41,807 nt of DNA from a virus (Duplodnaviria; Caudoviricetes): positions 1-41,807 of the IMG/VR virus record IMGVR_UViG_3300045837_000015; one strand, 5' to 3'. The first letter of the stretch is position 1; each line of letters begins with the position of its first letter. The notes beneath the pieces were generated by a model. That model was not told the DNA's origin and made no database searches. It saw nothing but the letters and a program-made list of their open reading frames with translations. The translations under genes and the position numbers were made by a program. This document shows, piece after piece, positions 15,195 through 24,400 of the stretch.

Positions 15195-15623
15195 TCACCG
15201 CGTTCCGCGGAGCCGGATGACGGTGTGCAGCTGATACATGAGTCCCACGAACAGCCACAGCGCGAAGCTGATGTATCCGGCTTTCTGGTGCATGGCGGCG
15301 ATGAACATGACCGCCGACATCATCAGACACGCGGCGCCGACAGCGAAGTCGCCGAGCACGAACACCCAGTTGGAGTGCAGCAGCCGGGAGCCGACACGGG
15401 CGAGGATCAGCACTATCCCGCCGCCCATCAGCCCGACCGACAGACTCCAGTGTGGCAACCCGTATCCGACGAGTTGGTGGGTTTCGGTTGACCATGTGTC
15501 GCTGCGCCACGTCGCCACACCCGCCACGATCGGCCAGATGTGCAGCAGCAGCCGGGTGAACGCTATCCCGGCTTTGGCGTCGGTGTCCCGCAACCGGTCA
15601 AGGTCGCGGGCCATCGCCGTCAT
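15195..15623 (-). CDS. Multi-pass membrane protein (about four TM helices)
   Basis: Hydrophobic segments in MTAMARDL...RLRGTR; start 15623 or 15614. Confidence 0.65.
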   Translation of the reverse strand: MTAMARDLDRLRDTDAKAGIAFTRLLLHIWPIVAGVATWRSDTWSTETHQLVGYGLPHWSLSVGLMGGGIVLILARVGSRLLHSNWVFVLGDFAVGAACLMMSAVMFIAAMHQKAGYISFALWLFVGLMYQLHTVIRLRGTR

Positions 15624-15858
15624 TTGTTTGCCTGGCCACGACACCGGGAACGAACGATGCTGTTCCATTGCCTTGCCGCAGGGACGCGACTCCGGTGAGC
15701 ACAGCGACCAACCCCGCAATAACCGCTGTCGACAGAACCCCGTACCAGGGCACGTCGCCGATGGTTTTCGCGCCGGCGGAGCCGAGGGCGCCGACCGCGG
15801 CGTAGGCGGCGGCGCCCACGGCGTTTTCACCGAGGTGCTCAAAAAAGATTCGGTTCAC
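15598..15858 (-). CDS. Holin (r1t-like)
   Basis: ENAV..AA...V.W..VLS....AGL..VLTGVAS pattern; two TM segments; in lysis block. Confidence 0.8.
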   Translation of the reverse strand: MNRIFFEHLGENAVGAAAYAAVGALGSAGAKTIGDVPWYGVLSTAVIAGLVAVLTGVASLRQGNGTASFVPGVVARQTNDGDGPRP

Positions 15859-16574
15859 TGCTGGGCGGTCGGCTGCTGCGCTGGCGGCTGCTGTGGTTGC
15901 TGCTGCGGCTGCTGTTGGGGTGCGGCGCCCTGCACCTGAGTCACGAACTGAAGCACCTTCTGCAAGTCCTCCAGACCGTGGCGCACCGACACCGGCACGA
16001 ACGGCAACTGCTCCACCACACCCGAAAGAGCGTTCAGCAACTGCAAACCGGACTGCACGTCCTGCGGGCTGATGGTAATACCTTCGTTCGCCATTTGGGG
16101 TTCCTCTCGTTGTAGAAACGGCAGCGGTATCACACCTTTGATACCGCTGATGACGCCTTGAATGATCTGCCCTGGCGCGGCGGCGACCGCACCGGAGATC
16201 GCGTTGATGTCGCCGACGATGGCGTGGGCGGCGTTGTCGGTGTGCGTGTTGACACTGGAGATCACATTGTTGAAGCCGCTGACCGTGAGCTGCCCGATTT
16301 TGTCGGTGACGGCGTCCACCACCGCCGGAACAATGATCGGGGTCAGCGTGTTGGCGACGAGCTGCAACCGCTCCGGTGTCGTCAACTGCTCAACAATGTT
16401 GTTTTCGGCGTTGTCGACGCGCTGGTCGATCCACTGCGCGATCCGCGACTCCATCGCCGGATTCGCCTGCAACGCACCAGCCGAGCGTTTCCTGCTGGTC
16501 CACCACGCCATCACGCCCTGCAACACCAGGATGCCGGCGATAGCGCCGTAGAGTCCGAAGATCAGTCCGGTCAT
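15855..16574 (-). CDS. Membrane-anchored helical protein (239 aa) with Gln/Pro tail
   Basis: ATG 16574 overlaps the upstream TGA; N-terminal TM helix; internal GAGAGGA RBS before ATG 16094. Confidence 0.7.
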   Translation of the reverse strand: MTGLIFGLYGAIAGILVLQGVMAWWTSRKRSAGALQANPAMESRIAQWIDQRVDNAENNIVEQLTTPERLQLVANTLTPIIVPAVVDAVTDKIGQLTVSGFNNVISSVNTHTDNAAHAIVGDINAISGAVAAAPGQIIQGVISGIKGVIPLPFLQREEPQMANEGITISPQDVQSGLQLLNALSGVVEQLPFVPVSVRHGLEDLQKVLQFVTQVQGAAPQQQPQQQPQQPPAQQPTAQQ

Positions 16575-16795
16575 CGGTGCGGCATCAGCCAATACCACCA
16601 CGGCGGCGGCGGTGGAGGCGGTGGCGGCGGCGGATACGGGTAAGGCGGATAGTACGGGTACGGCGACGGCGGCGCCCACGGCCGCGGCGGGGTAGGCGGA
16701 TCATCATCATCGTCGCCGAGGACAGCGCGTTCCACCCGCCTCAACCGGTCATGGAGCTGCTTGACAGGATCATGCTCAGCAGGCTGCTCGCTCAC
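16571..16795 (-). CDS. Pro/Tyr/Trp-rich small protein (74 aa)
   Basis: AAGGAG RBS right after the lysin B stop; polyproline run. Confidence 0.65.
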   Translation of the reverse strand: MSEQPAEHDPVKQLHDRLRRVERAVLGDDDDDPPTPPRPWAPPSPYPYYPPYPYPPPPPPPPPPPWWYWLMPHR

Positions 16796-16806
16796 GATTG
16801 TTCTCC

Positions 16807-17643
16807 TTAGATGCGGTTGAGAATCCAGTTGATCGCCGGCCCGACGAATCCCTGGTATTGCCAGTGCGGGGCGTTCATCCCTGCGCTGGCGAACTTGAGT
16901 CCGTTGTAGATGGCTTTGATCGTGCTGATGGGCGCTCCGATGGATAGCGCGATCTTCAAGAAGTCGACGACAGAACCGGATTCGACGAAGTCGTACACCC
17001 TGGTTTCTATTTTCCCAGGGCCGGCTTCGTGCCGGTAGGGGTCGTCACCTACAGGGGCGCAGGCGTATAAATCGCCATCCAGGGCGCAGGACAGGTACCA
17101 CGGTGGGGTTTCGTCTGGGTGCAGGTCAAGCGGCCCAGCGATACCGCCAGTAGTGACGCCATCTAGCGTCGTCGGCATCGGGAACCCGAACGTCTGGTTA
17201 CCGTTCGCGATGCCGGGCGCACGAAGCGGATCACCGAAGTTGATGACCCCACCATTGGCCAGATCGGATAACCGGTTGTGCAGCGCACCATTCGGGGCCA
17301 GGAAGTCCATCAGAAACGTCATCCCGGTGACGATCGCACCCTGACTGTAACCCGACATGAACAGCGGATATCCCGGTGTGTGAACAAGATTCACCAACCG
17401 CACCACCTCAGCGCGGCCCGCCTTCACCGACGGGTTCATCGGAAAGACAGCCGCTGGGTAGCCGGTGGGCTGCCAGAACACCGGCGGCGGCGGGGGTGGT
17501 GGGTAGCCGGCGATATTGTTGGCGATACCCGCCCACGGGTTCACCGCGAACGCCCGACCGACGTCGGCGTCGAACCCGGCGCCGAAAGGATCGGCCTCGC
17601 CGGTTCCGTTGACCGTGATCAGGACGGGTTTACGTTCGCTCAC
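16807..17643 (-). CDS. lysB: Lysin B (cutinase-like serine esterase)
   Basis: TVNGTG, WQPTGYPAAVFPM, GYSQGA nucleophile elbow, FGDPLR, DLYAC, PH; GTG start overlaps the upstream stop. Confidence 0.9.
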   Translation of the reverse strand: MSERKPVLITVNGTGEADPFGAGFDADVGRAFAVNPWAGIANNIAGYPPPPPPPVFWQPTGYPAAVFPMNPSVKAGRAEVVRLVNLVHTPGYPLFMSGYSQGAIVTGMTFLMDFLAPNGALHNRLSDLANGGVINFGDPLRAPGIANGNQTFGFPMPTTLDGVTTGGIAGPLDLHPDETPPWYLSCALDGDLYACAPVGDDPYRHEAGPGKIETRVYDFVESGSVVDFLKIALSIGAPISTIKAIYNGLKFASAGMNAPHWQYQGFVGPAINWILNRI

Positions 17644-18164
17644 GACGTCTTCTTGTAGTTGACGCTGTTGACCTCGTCGTCGTTGAGGTGTGGGTTGGCG
17701 ACGAGTTCGCCTTTGGCGGCGGTGAATACGGCGTCCCACAGGTCGTAGTCGTTGCCGTCGGGCATCTTCTTCTTGCGGGTCAGCAGCTTCGTGAGGGTCG
17801 TGACCTGATCAGTCATCGAGGCTGAGACGTTGGAGCCTTCGGGGAAGGCGTAATCCTTTGACAGTCCGAACATGTGCGCGTCGTAGAGCATGGCGGCGAG
17901 CCGGAACGAGAGTGCTTGGCCGGTGCCGCCGTCCACGCCGCCGATCAGGTTGGCGACGTCGTTGGGGCCGGCGTTGTCGAACGGCCCGGCGCCGTACATG
18001 CCGGCGATCTTCGCCGCCGCGGTGGCCGGGAGGTTGTTGTACGGGTTAGCCAACTTGGCGTATTCGGCTGCCTGGCTGGCTTTGCGGTGAGCCATGAGGC
18101 CGATGATGGCCGCGAGCAGGCTGAACGCCGACGGCACAATCGCCACAATCAAACTGATAGGCAC
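17640..18164 (-). CDS. Membrane-anchored hypothetical protein between lysin A and lysin B (174 aa)
   Basis: AAGGA RBS; N-terminal TM helix. Confidence 0.7.
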   Translation of the reverse strand: MPISLIVAIVPSAFSLLAAIIGLMAHRKASQAAEYAKLANPYNNLPATAAAKIAGMYGAGPFDNAGPNDVANLIGGVDGGTGQALSFRLAAMLYDAHMFGLSKDYAFPEGSNVSASMTDQVTTLTKLLTRKKKMPDGNDYDLWDAVFTAAKGELVANPHLNDDEVNSVNYKKTS

Positions 18165-18175
18165 AGCGATATTCC

Positions 18176-19468
18176 TTACTGGGGTGGGTGGTAACCGGAT
18201 AAGCCGAGTTTCTCGCCGATCTCAGCGAGCGCATCAACCAGACTGCGGTTGTTCAACTGCTCCCAACCGTGACGCTGCCCATCCGCTCCGATCGGACCCA
18301 TCAACTGATCCATAATCAAATCCATGTCTCCTCCTGGGAACTGGCCGTAATCATCGGTGTGGGCTTCGTTGATATCTGCCTGCACACCGTCCACGTACTG
18401 GTAACCGATTGAGTTGCGTTGCACGATGTTGACTCTGGCGTCGACGTTGCCGTCTGACCAGGCTTCGGTCTGCCACGCGTACCGGCACACCCCGGCATCA
18501 AGTGCTCGGCTGACGACGTAGTAGGAGCCGTAGACGCCGACCTTGTCGGTGCCGCCAAGCACACCGGCGGCGGCGCGTAGGTAGTCGTTGATGGCGTCCT
18601 GCTGGTCTTCGCGCGCAGCCCAGTCCGCGGAAAAGTACACGACCGGGTTGTAGTCACCGGGCACGCCGGGAAGGTTGCGAATGTAGTTGAGTGCGACGGT
18701 GGCGTCTTGGGTGCCCTGCCAGCCGCCGTTGAGCATGGCGGTCGCCCAGGTCTCCCAGTTGAACACGATCTGGATGCCGTGGTTCACCAAGTCCAGCAGT
18801 TCGTCTGGGGTGAGCTGCTTTCCCGGCAGGCCGGGGCCACCGTCAGTCAAATATCGGCAGACGAAGGTGATTCCGGCGGCGGCGAGTTTCGATCCGCTGG
18901 GACGACCGCCGGCGTAGTCCAGGCCGCGTGGGTATCCCATCGGCTGCCTCCAAGCGGTGTCCTCGTTGATCGGGAAATCGCACACCCACCAGTCATTCCA
19001 AATGTCGGACTCGGGTGGGTTGATGTTGGGGCGCATCGTGCAAACCCCGTAGTCGCCGTTCGATTCCATCCACCAGCCGTCGATCTCGCACGCCATATGG
19101 CTATTCGGTCCGCCCCCGCCGTGCATGATATACACCTTGATCGGGTGATAGTTCGTCATGCAGTCCACGCGGCTGGTCTGTCTAAACCAGTCACCGAACT
19201 TGCCGGGGAAGGTTTCGGTGGAAAACAACCTGCCCCAATACATATCGTCAGGGCCGTCGATCGCGGCGCCGATGACGATGCCGCACAAGCCCGAGCAGTC
19301 GGCGCCGACACCGAAGTTGAACGGGTCGAAGCAGCCACCGTACTCGTATTCGTCGCCTGGGCCTTCGTCGATCTTGTCGGGCTGCAACAAAGGCTGGTTG
19401 TCGCACGTCAAGCGGTCGAGGAAGACGCGTTTGGCGAACTCGATGTTGGAGCGCAACAGTTCGGTCAT
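18176..19468 (-). CDS. lysA: Lysin A: N-terminal NlpC/P60-like Cys peptidase + GH25-like (DUF1906) glycoside hydrolase + C-terminal motif
   Basis: YGG...DCSGL...SHMAC..ES; GLDYAGGRP...FVCRYL...VYFSAD...GVYG...WQT.AWS...D.N; QLMGP..GWEQL..RSLVDA; start ATG 19468. Confidence 0.9.
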   Translation of the reverse strand: MTELLRSNIEFAKRVFLDRLTCDNQPLLQPDKIDEGPGDEYEYGGCFDPFNFGVGADCSGLCGIVIGAAIDGPDDMYWGRLFSTETFPGKFGDWFRQTSRVDCMTNYHPIKVYIMHGGGGPNSHMACEIDGWWMESNGDYGVCTMRPNINPPESDIWNDWWVCDFPINEDTAWRQPMGYPRGLDYAGGRPSGSKLAAAGITFVCRYLTDGGPGLPGKQLTPDELLDLVNHGIQIVFNWETWATAMLNGGWQGTQDATVALNYIRNLPGVPGDYNPVVYFSADWAAREDQQDAINDYLRAAAGVLGGTDKVGVYGSYYVVSRALDAGVCRYAWQTEAWSDGNVDARVNIVQRNSIGYQYVDGVQADINEAHTDDYGQFPGGDMDLIMDQLMGPIGADGQRHGWEQLNNRSLVDALAEIGEKLGLSGYHPPQ

Positions 19469-19881
19469 CCGATCAGCCCCCGCACATACTTCTCTGCCTC
19501 GAAATCGGCTGCTGACGCGACATGCACGCCGCCGTGGCCGCGGTGGTGGAACTCGCACAACCACAACAAGTTATCCGCGGATTCGATCCATGCCCCGACC
19601 TGATCGGGGTTGCTGACACCGGGATAGTCCTGCTCCAGCCACGCCAAATCGATCCCGTTCTGCAGCGCGAATTCGATGTGCGCATGATGCAGCTCAAGTT
19701 GACCGGCGCATTCGCTGAAATCTTGGCGGTGCGCGCCGATGGCGCACTGCGCTGACGCGTGGGTGCGGCGCCGGAACGAGTCGAAATCCTTGTAATGCGG
19801 GTCCGTTTTGCGGGGCGGGTGCGCCGGATAGTGCATGACATAGCGGTGCGACACTGGCTCGGAGTGCGCCGGTGTTATCAC
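19465..19881 (-). CDS. HNH-like His/Cys-rich protein (138 aa)
   Basis: C......C..QLELHH...NLLWLCEFHH...GVH. Confidence 0.65.
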   Translation of the reverse strand: MITPAHSEPVSHRYVMHYPAHPPRKTDPHYKDFDSFRRRTHASAQCAIGAHRQDFSECAGQLELHHAHIEFALQNGIDLAWLEQDYPGVSNPDQVGAWIESADNLLWLCEFHHRGHGGVHVASAADFEAEKYVRGLIG

Positions 19882-20732
19882 GATATGTCCTTGAGTTTCG
19901 GCATGTCCGCGGTCAGCGCCGCCAAATCCAAGCCTTCAAGGTCGACACCGTTGCGCAGTTTTTCTTCGGACATGATGGCGTAGGACTCATCGGAGCATTG
20001 CGCGTAGCCGGACTGGGTGAGTTCGATTTCGCCGCCCCAGGTGGAGACGACGCAGTTGTTGTCGCGCCATGCGACCTCGACGATGTAGTGGCCGCCTTCG
20101 TATCTGGGTCGGCAGACTCGCGTCCACGGCTGGCCCTTGTTGAAGGCGTCCATCCACTGCACCGGCAAGTTGATCCCGATCGCCACACCATCGAAGTAGT
20201 AGGAGGCGTACCGCAACTGCTCCCAATTGCCTGGTTCGAGCGCCACGACCGCACCGATTTTGTGGACGTTCCCGGCAGCATCCAGCAGCCCGGTGAGGTT
20301 CCAGTAGCGCAGCATCGCCGCCACATCCGTGCCCTGATCGGTCGGATTCTGTGGTGCGTTGTAGTCGGGGATCACGTTGCCGCTCGCATCGAACCCGCGG
20401 ACTTCGGGACCGGGTTTGTAGCCGGTCACGGCCGAGTAGTTGGCTAGTGCGGCTTTGTCGTTGAACGGTGCCTGATTCCCAGCCTCGGCGGTCCACAGCA
20501 TGATTTGGTGTGCGGCACCCGCACCGGCGGCGCAGTCGCCGACGAGGTCGTTGCACAGCATCGGGAAGCCACCATTGACGAGGCTGTCGTGGCCGAACAC
20601 TGGTGGCGGTTCCTGTAGCGCCTCGGTGCTGACATAGGTTTCGAACGCCAGCTTGACCGCGCCCGGCCGCGCTGGTCGCTTGCCGAGCTTGTAGCGCGGT
20701 TTCTTGCGAAAGATGTTCAAACTTATGTCCAT
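19878..20732 (-). CDS. Papain-like (C1-type) cysteine peptidase; start possibly TTG 20720
   Basis: NDLVGDC putative catalytic Cys, GGHYIV His, STWG. Confidence 0.7.
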   Translation of the reverse strand: MDISLNIFRKKPRYKLGKRPARPGAVKLAFETYVSTEALQEPPPVFGHDSLVNGGFPMLCNDLVGDCAAGAGAAHQIMLWTAEAGNQAPFNDKAALANYSAVTGYKPGPEVRGFDASGNVIPDYNAPQNPTDQGTDVAAMLRYWNLTGLLDAAGNVHKIGAVVALEPGNWEQLRYASYYFDGVAIGINLPVQWMDAFNKGQPWTRVCRPRYEGGHYIVEVAWRDNNCVVSTWGGEIELTQSGYAQCSDESYAIMSEEKLRNGVDLEGLDLAALTADMPKLKDIS

Positions 20733-21514
20733 TCGATGAGGGTGTAGCCGCCGCCGCCGCTGCCTCCGCCGCCGCCCGAACCTGTGGCACCTCCGCCACC
20801 GCCGCCACCGCCGCCAAAAGCGCCGCCATTGCCGCCTTTGTTGGTCCCTGACGATGAGCCGTAGCCGCCGCCGCCGCCCGCACCGCCATTACCGGCTGCC
20901 GCATCCGACGGGGCGGCACCGGTCAGGGTGACTGATGTGCCACCCGCACCGCCGGTTACAGTTTTCGAGCTACCACCGGCACCCCCGGCGGCGCCGTTGT
21001 AGAAGCCGCCGGCGCCGCCGCCGACGCCCTGATTGTTGGTCGTGTCGCTAGTGCCTGCCGCCCCGGCGCCGGTGTTGTTGCCGGCAGCCCCGGCCGTCCC
21101 GTTGTGTGTTGTCGCCGTCACCCCAGACGCCGAACAGGTGCCGCCAGCGCCTGCACTACCACCAGAGCCACCACCGCCGCCACCGCCGCCCGCCGACAAG
21201 CTCACACCACCCGACGAGAACGTGGATGCGGTGCCAGCATTGGTTGTGGCGGCCCCGCCGGTGCCGACACCCACCGAATATGTTGCACCTAACGACGCTA
21301 CGGCGACGAAAACCCGGTCGACGCGGCCACCGCCGCCGCCACCACCCCCACCGAATGTGCCGCCACCGGTACCGCCCGCGCCGCCGCCACCGATCAACGT
21401 CACCCAGCAGCCCTGTGTTCCTTGGGGAACCGTTTGATTTGTCTGCGCGGTGTTTGTTTCGTTGAACGGTACGAACAAGATCGGCGCGGCATAGGCCGGG
21501 GACTGCAGCGGCAT
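20723..21514 (-). CDS. Glycine-rich minor tail protein (263 aa)
   Basis: VTLIGGGGAGG...GGGYTLIEW polyglycine domain. Confidence 0.8.
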   Translation of the reverse strand: MPLQSPAYAAPILFVPFNETNTAQTNQTVPQGTQGCWVTLIGGGGAGGTGGGTFGGGGGGGGGRVDRVFVAVASLGATYSVGVGTGGAATTNAGTASTFSSGGVSLSAGGGGGGGGSGGSAGAGGTCSASGVTATTHNGTAGAAGNNTGAGAAGTSDTTNNQGVGGGAGGFYNGAAGGAGGSSKTVTGGAGGTSVTLTGAAPSDAAAGNGGAGGGGGYGSSSGTNKGGNGGAFGGGGGGGGGATGSGGGGGSGGGGYTLIEWT

Positions 21515-22671
21515 TATGACCAGGGACCAACGCTGGTCATTGTCGACGGCCCAATTGACCAGATACGGAAAAAGGAATCAGCACCAACCACAGCAGCCGC
21601 CGCGACACCGAGGCTCACCTGCGGTATTAAAGTTCCAGCAGCAGAAACCCGCACCTTCCCCCAAACATGCGCCCACCCGGTTGTAGCGGTGGTGGCGGTG
21701 ACGATAGCAGTGTTAGCTGCGGTGTTCATTGTGTTTTGTGCTGCCGCTGCCGTCGCCAACGCTGCTTTATTTCCTTCTGTCTGCCAAAGCTGTCCAGCGA
21801 TGGTGGCCGTTCCGGCGAGTGCGAACCCGAACGAACCCGACGTGCTCGACATGCTCGACAGGGTGAAAAAGCAGTCGAAAAAGAACGACCCCACAGGCAG
21901 GGTTACTTGGCCGTTGGTTGGTGTGCCGAATATTTTCTGGGCTGCCGTCTGGCTGGTCAGTGTCCTGGTGGCTGTGCTGGTGATAATCGCCTCGGCGTGC
22001 ATCGCGCCGGAAAGATCAGGAGCCTCAAACGTTCTAGTGTTCCCTGTGGTGATCGTTGAGCAGTCGATCGCCAAAGCTTTGGTTGTGTCGGCGCTGTCCA
22101 CAATCGAGAAAGCGTTGTCAGCAAATGCGTTCAGGTTCACTGAGGAACCATCGGTTGCCGACAGGGTGATGGTGTTGTTGACGGTCAACGACTTTCCAGT
22201 CACGACCTGGACCGCGCCATACTGGGCGTCCCAACCGGCCGCTGTGGTGGGAGCCGCAGCGTTAGCGGTGAACACAGCAGCGGTGCCGCCCGCCAATGTC
22301 AACACGGTCGCACCACCAGAAGCGTTCACCGTAACGGCACCCGTCGACTGGTTCTCGATCGACCACTGCATACCCGCCGTCACCGACGTGGTTGGCAGCG
22401 TGACGGTTTGGGTGGTGGTGCCAGTGAAAGCCTGAACCTGAGTGGACGTGACGGTCAGGGTTGTGGTTCCGGCGGCGGTGGCGGTGTGAGTATCGCCCTG
22501 CGGCGGGTTACCGCCACCACCGGAAGGTGTCTGCCACGATGCGGTGGTGCCGTTGGATGTCAGCACCGTGTTGTTGCCGCCGATCATCGACAACCCGGTG
22601 CCGCCGTTAGCGAGCGGCAACACACCCTGCACCTGCTCACCGTTGGTGAGATCAACAAGAGTTTTAGCCAT
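21514..22671 (-). CDS. Tail fibre / virion structural protein (385 aa)
   Basis: GVLPLANGGTG fibre motif; Thr/Ala-rich beta content; in tail block. Confidence 0.7.
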   Translation of the reverse strand: MAKTLVDLTNGEQVQGVLPLANGGTGLSMIGGNNTVLTSNGTTASWQTPSGGGGNPPQGDTHTATAAGTTTLTVTSTQVQAFTGTTTQTVTLPTTSVTAGMQWSIENQSTGAVTVNASGGATVLTLAGGTAAVFTANAAAPTTAAGWDAQYGAVQVVTGKSLTVNNTITLSATDGSSVNLNAFADNAFSIVDSADTTKALAIDCSTITTGNTRTFEAPDLSGAMHAEAIITSTATRTLTSQTAAQKIFGTPTNGQVTLPVGSFFFDCFFTLSSMSSTSGSFGFALAGTATIAGQLWQTEGNKAALATAAAAQNTMNTAANTAIVTATTATTGWAHVWGKVRVSAAGTLIPQVSLGVAAAAVVGADSFFRIWSIGPSTMTSVGPWS

Positions 22672-22675
22672 CTAG

Positions 22676-23659
22676 CTACTTCTGGTAGTTGACGCGGATT
22701 TTGTCGCCCGTCGCCGGCGCCGTCAGAAACGTAATCGTCCCACCACTGATCGTGTAATCATTACCCGCGCCCGCATCCTGGAGGATGCCGTTTAAAAACA
22801 CCACCTCCGTACCGGACAGCGGTGTGTTCGCCAGCGTAAACGTGGTATTCGAGCCGTTGATGGTTCCGGTCGGGGTTTCCCGAACTACGAAGCTCGACGG
22901 CGCCATGTAGTCGGAGCTGGCTGTTGCCGCCGACACCGCGGTCCCGTTGCCCTTCAACAAACCCGTGACGGTGGTTTGCATGGTGATGGCCGGGGTGGTG
23001 TTCGGGTTCGCCACTGTACCCGAGAAACCGTTCGCGGTCGCCACCGACACCGACGACACCCCGGTACCTGCCGATGAGAAGATCGACCACTTGATGTTGT
23101 TGGTGCCGTAAGTAAAAGCCGTATCGGGTGTGGTCGGGTCGACCACCACATAACCCATGCCCTTATTGGCGGTACCGGCCTCAACGAACGTGAACGCGCC
23201 CGCCGGGTTGATCGTGCCCGACAAGTCACCGGCGCGGGACACGCTCAGGTTCGTGGTGTTCGCCGTCACCGTGTAGATGCCGTTGCCGGGCTGATCCGAG
23301 CCACCCGAACCAGTGCCGCTCGCTGCGGGCGCATCCTTGATCAGGATTCGGTCACCCACCGCCGGGGACACACCATCCAGGGTGGTGCCGTTGATCTGGG
23401 TGACACTGCCAGATGTGACGGTGAAGGTTTCCGACCCGGTTGTCGCCGCCTGCACACTGGCCTTCGTCGACAAGCCCTGCGCGACACCATCCACATACCC
23501 TTTGGTGGCGAGATGCGCCGCCCCGGTTGGGGTGACACCGGAGACGGTGCCGGTGAACGCGTTGGCGCCGCTGGCGATGATGACTGACGTGTCAACCTCA
23601 GCCGAGGTGAGGCTGTTGGCTTTGATCTGTTCGTGGCCGTTGATCCGAGTAGTGGCCAT
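22676..23659 (-). CDS. Virion structural / fibre protein (327 aa)
   Basis: ATKGYVD, GDRILIKD...NGIYTV, C-terminal VFLNGILQ...DYTISG.ITF..AP module. Confidence 0.75.
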   Translation of the reverse strand: MATTRINGHEQIKANSLTSAEVDTSVIIASGANAFTGTVSGVTPTGAAHLATKGYVDGVAQGLSTKASVQAATTGSETFTVTSGSVTQINGTTLDGVSPAVGDRILIKDAPAASGTGSGGSDQPGNGIYTVTANTTNLSVSRAGDLSGTINPAGAFTFVEAGTANKGMGYVVVDPTTPDTAFTYGTNNIKWSIFSSAGTGVSSVSVATANGFSGTVANPNTTPAITMQTTVTGLLKGNGTAVSAATASSDYMAPSSFVVRETPTGTINGSNTTFTLANTPLSGTEVVFLNGILQDAGAGNDYTISGGTITFLTAPATGDKIRVNYQK

Positions 23660-23678
23660 AGCAGTTGCTGTTCCTTAT

Positions 23679-24056
23679 CTATCCGACGAGATAGTCGACC
23701 AACAGGTCGTCGTCCGAGTTGGGTGCGGTGGTGAACGTGATCCGATTCGGTGCTGTTTCGCTGTACCCGACAGATGGCATTTCGCGTAAACCGTTGCGGT
23801 AGACGGCGACGGTGCCGGGGTTGTAGTTGTTGGCCAGCGTGAAGATCAGGTTGTTGCCGTCTTTGGTGCCGGCGGGGATTTCCCCGATAATCCTGGCCCC
23901 GGTGCCGGGCGGCCCGGCCGGTCCTGGTGGGCCTTGCACCGTCACCACCGTGAACGGCTGCGCCACCGTGGAAATGTTCACACCGGGCGCGACCGGTGGT
24001 GTCACAGTGACGATTTGATCCTCGATGATCGCCGTCAACTCGACAGGGGTGGTCAT
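23679..24056 (-). CDS. Virion protein with short collagen-like motif (125 aa, MTTPVELT...)
   Basis: QGPPGPAGPPG; VYRNGL...ITFTTAP module shared with 22676..23659. Confidence 0.7.
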   Translation of the reverse strand: MTTPVELTAIIEDQIVTVTPPVAPGVNISTVAQPFTVVTVQGPPGPAGPPGTGARIIGEIPAGTKDGNNLIFTLANNYNPGTVAVYRNGLREMPSVGYSETAPNRITFTTAPNSDDDLLVDYLVG

Positions 24057-24391
24057 GCGCTGCCGCCGTCGTCGCGTTCGAAGTTGCCGACCGCGATCGG
24101 CAACGTCAACGTGTTCGGCGCCGTCCCGGTCTGCATATACAGCCGCCACCGGGTGGTGTTCTTCACCTCATCGCACACCGATGAGTGCAGCAGCAGCACA
24201 GCCTGATTCCCGGTCACCGTCGCGTTGATGGTGGTGGGATTAAGGCGGTCGATATCTATGGCCATGAACACCGCCGCGGACCAGTTCACCGGATTATTCG
24301 AAGTATCGACCCGGTTGACGGTGAACTCGACATCAGCGCCCAGCGTGACGGGGATGGTGAACTGTTGGGGCGGCGCACCGATATAAACCAA
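24053..24391 (-). CDS. Minor tail-associated protein (LtfC-like, 112 aa)
   Basis: AGGA RBS with TTG start; IG..P....IPVTLGAD...G.FER pattern. Confidence 0.6.
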   Translation of the reverse strand: MVYIGAPPQQFTIPVTLGADVEFTVNRVDTSNNPVNWSAAVFMAIDIDRLNPTTINATVTGNQAVLLLHSSVCDEVKNTTRWRLYMQTGTAPNTLTLPIAVGNFERDDGGSA

Positions 24392-24400
24392 GTCAGTTTC

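Noticed and set aside
1292-19564. Longest-ORF starts from the track (e.g. 1849, 4971, 6841, 10649, 11055, 12320, 16679, 17739, 19564)
   Set aside because: They overlap upstream genes heavily. Downstream starts with RBS or ATGA/GTGA coupling fit better.
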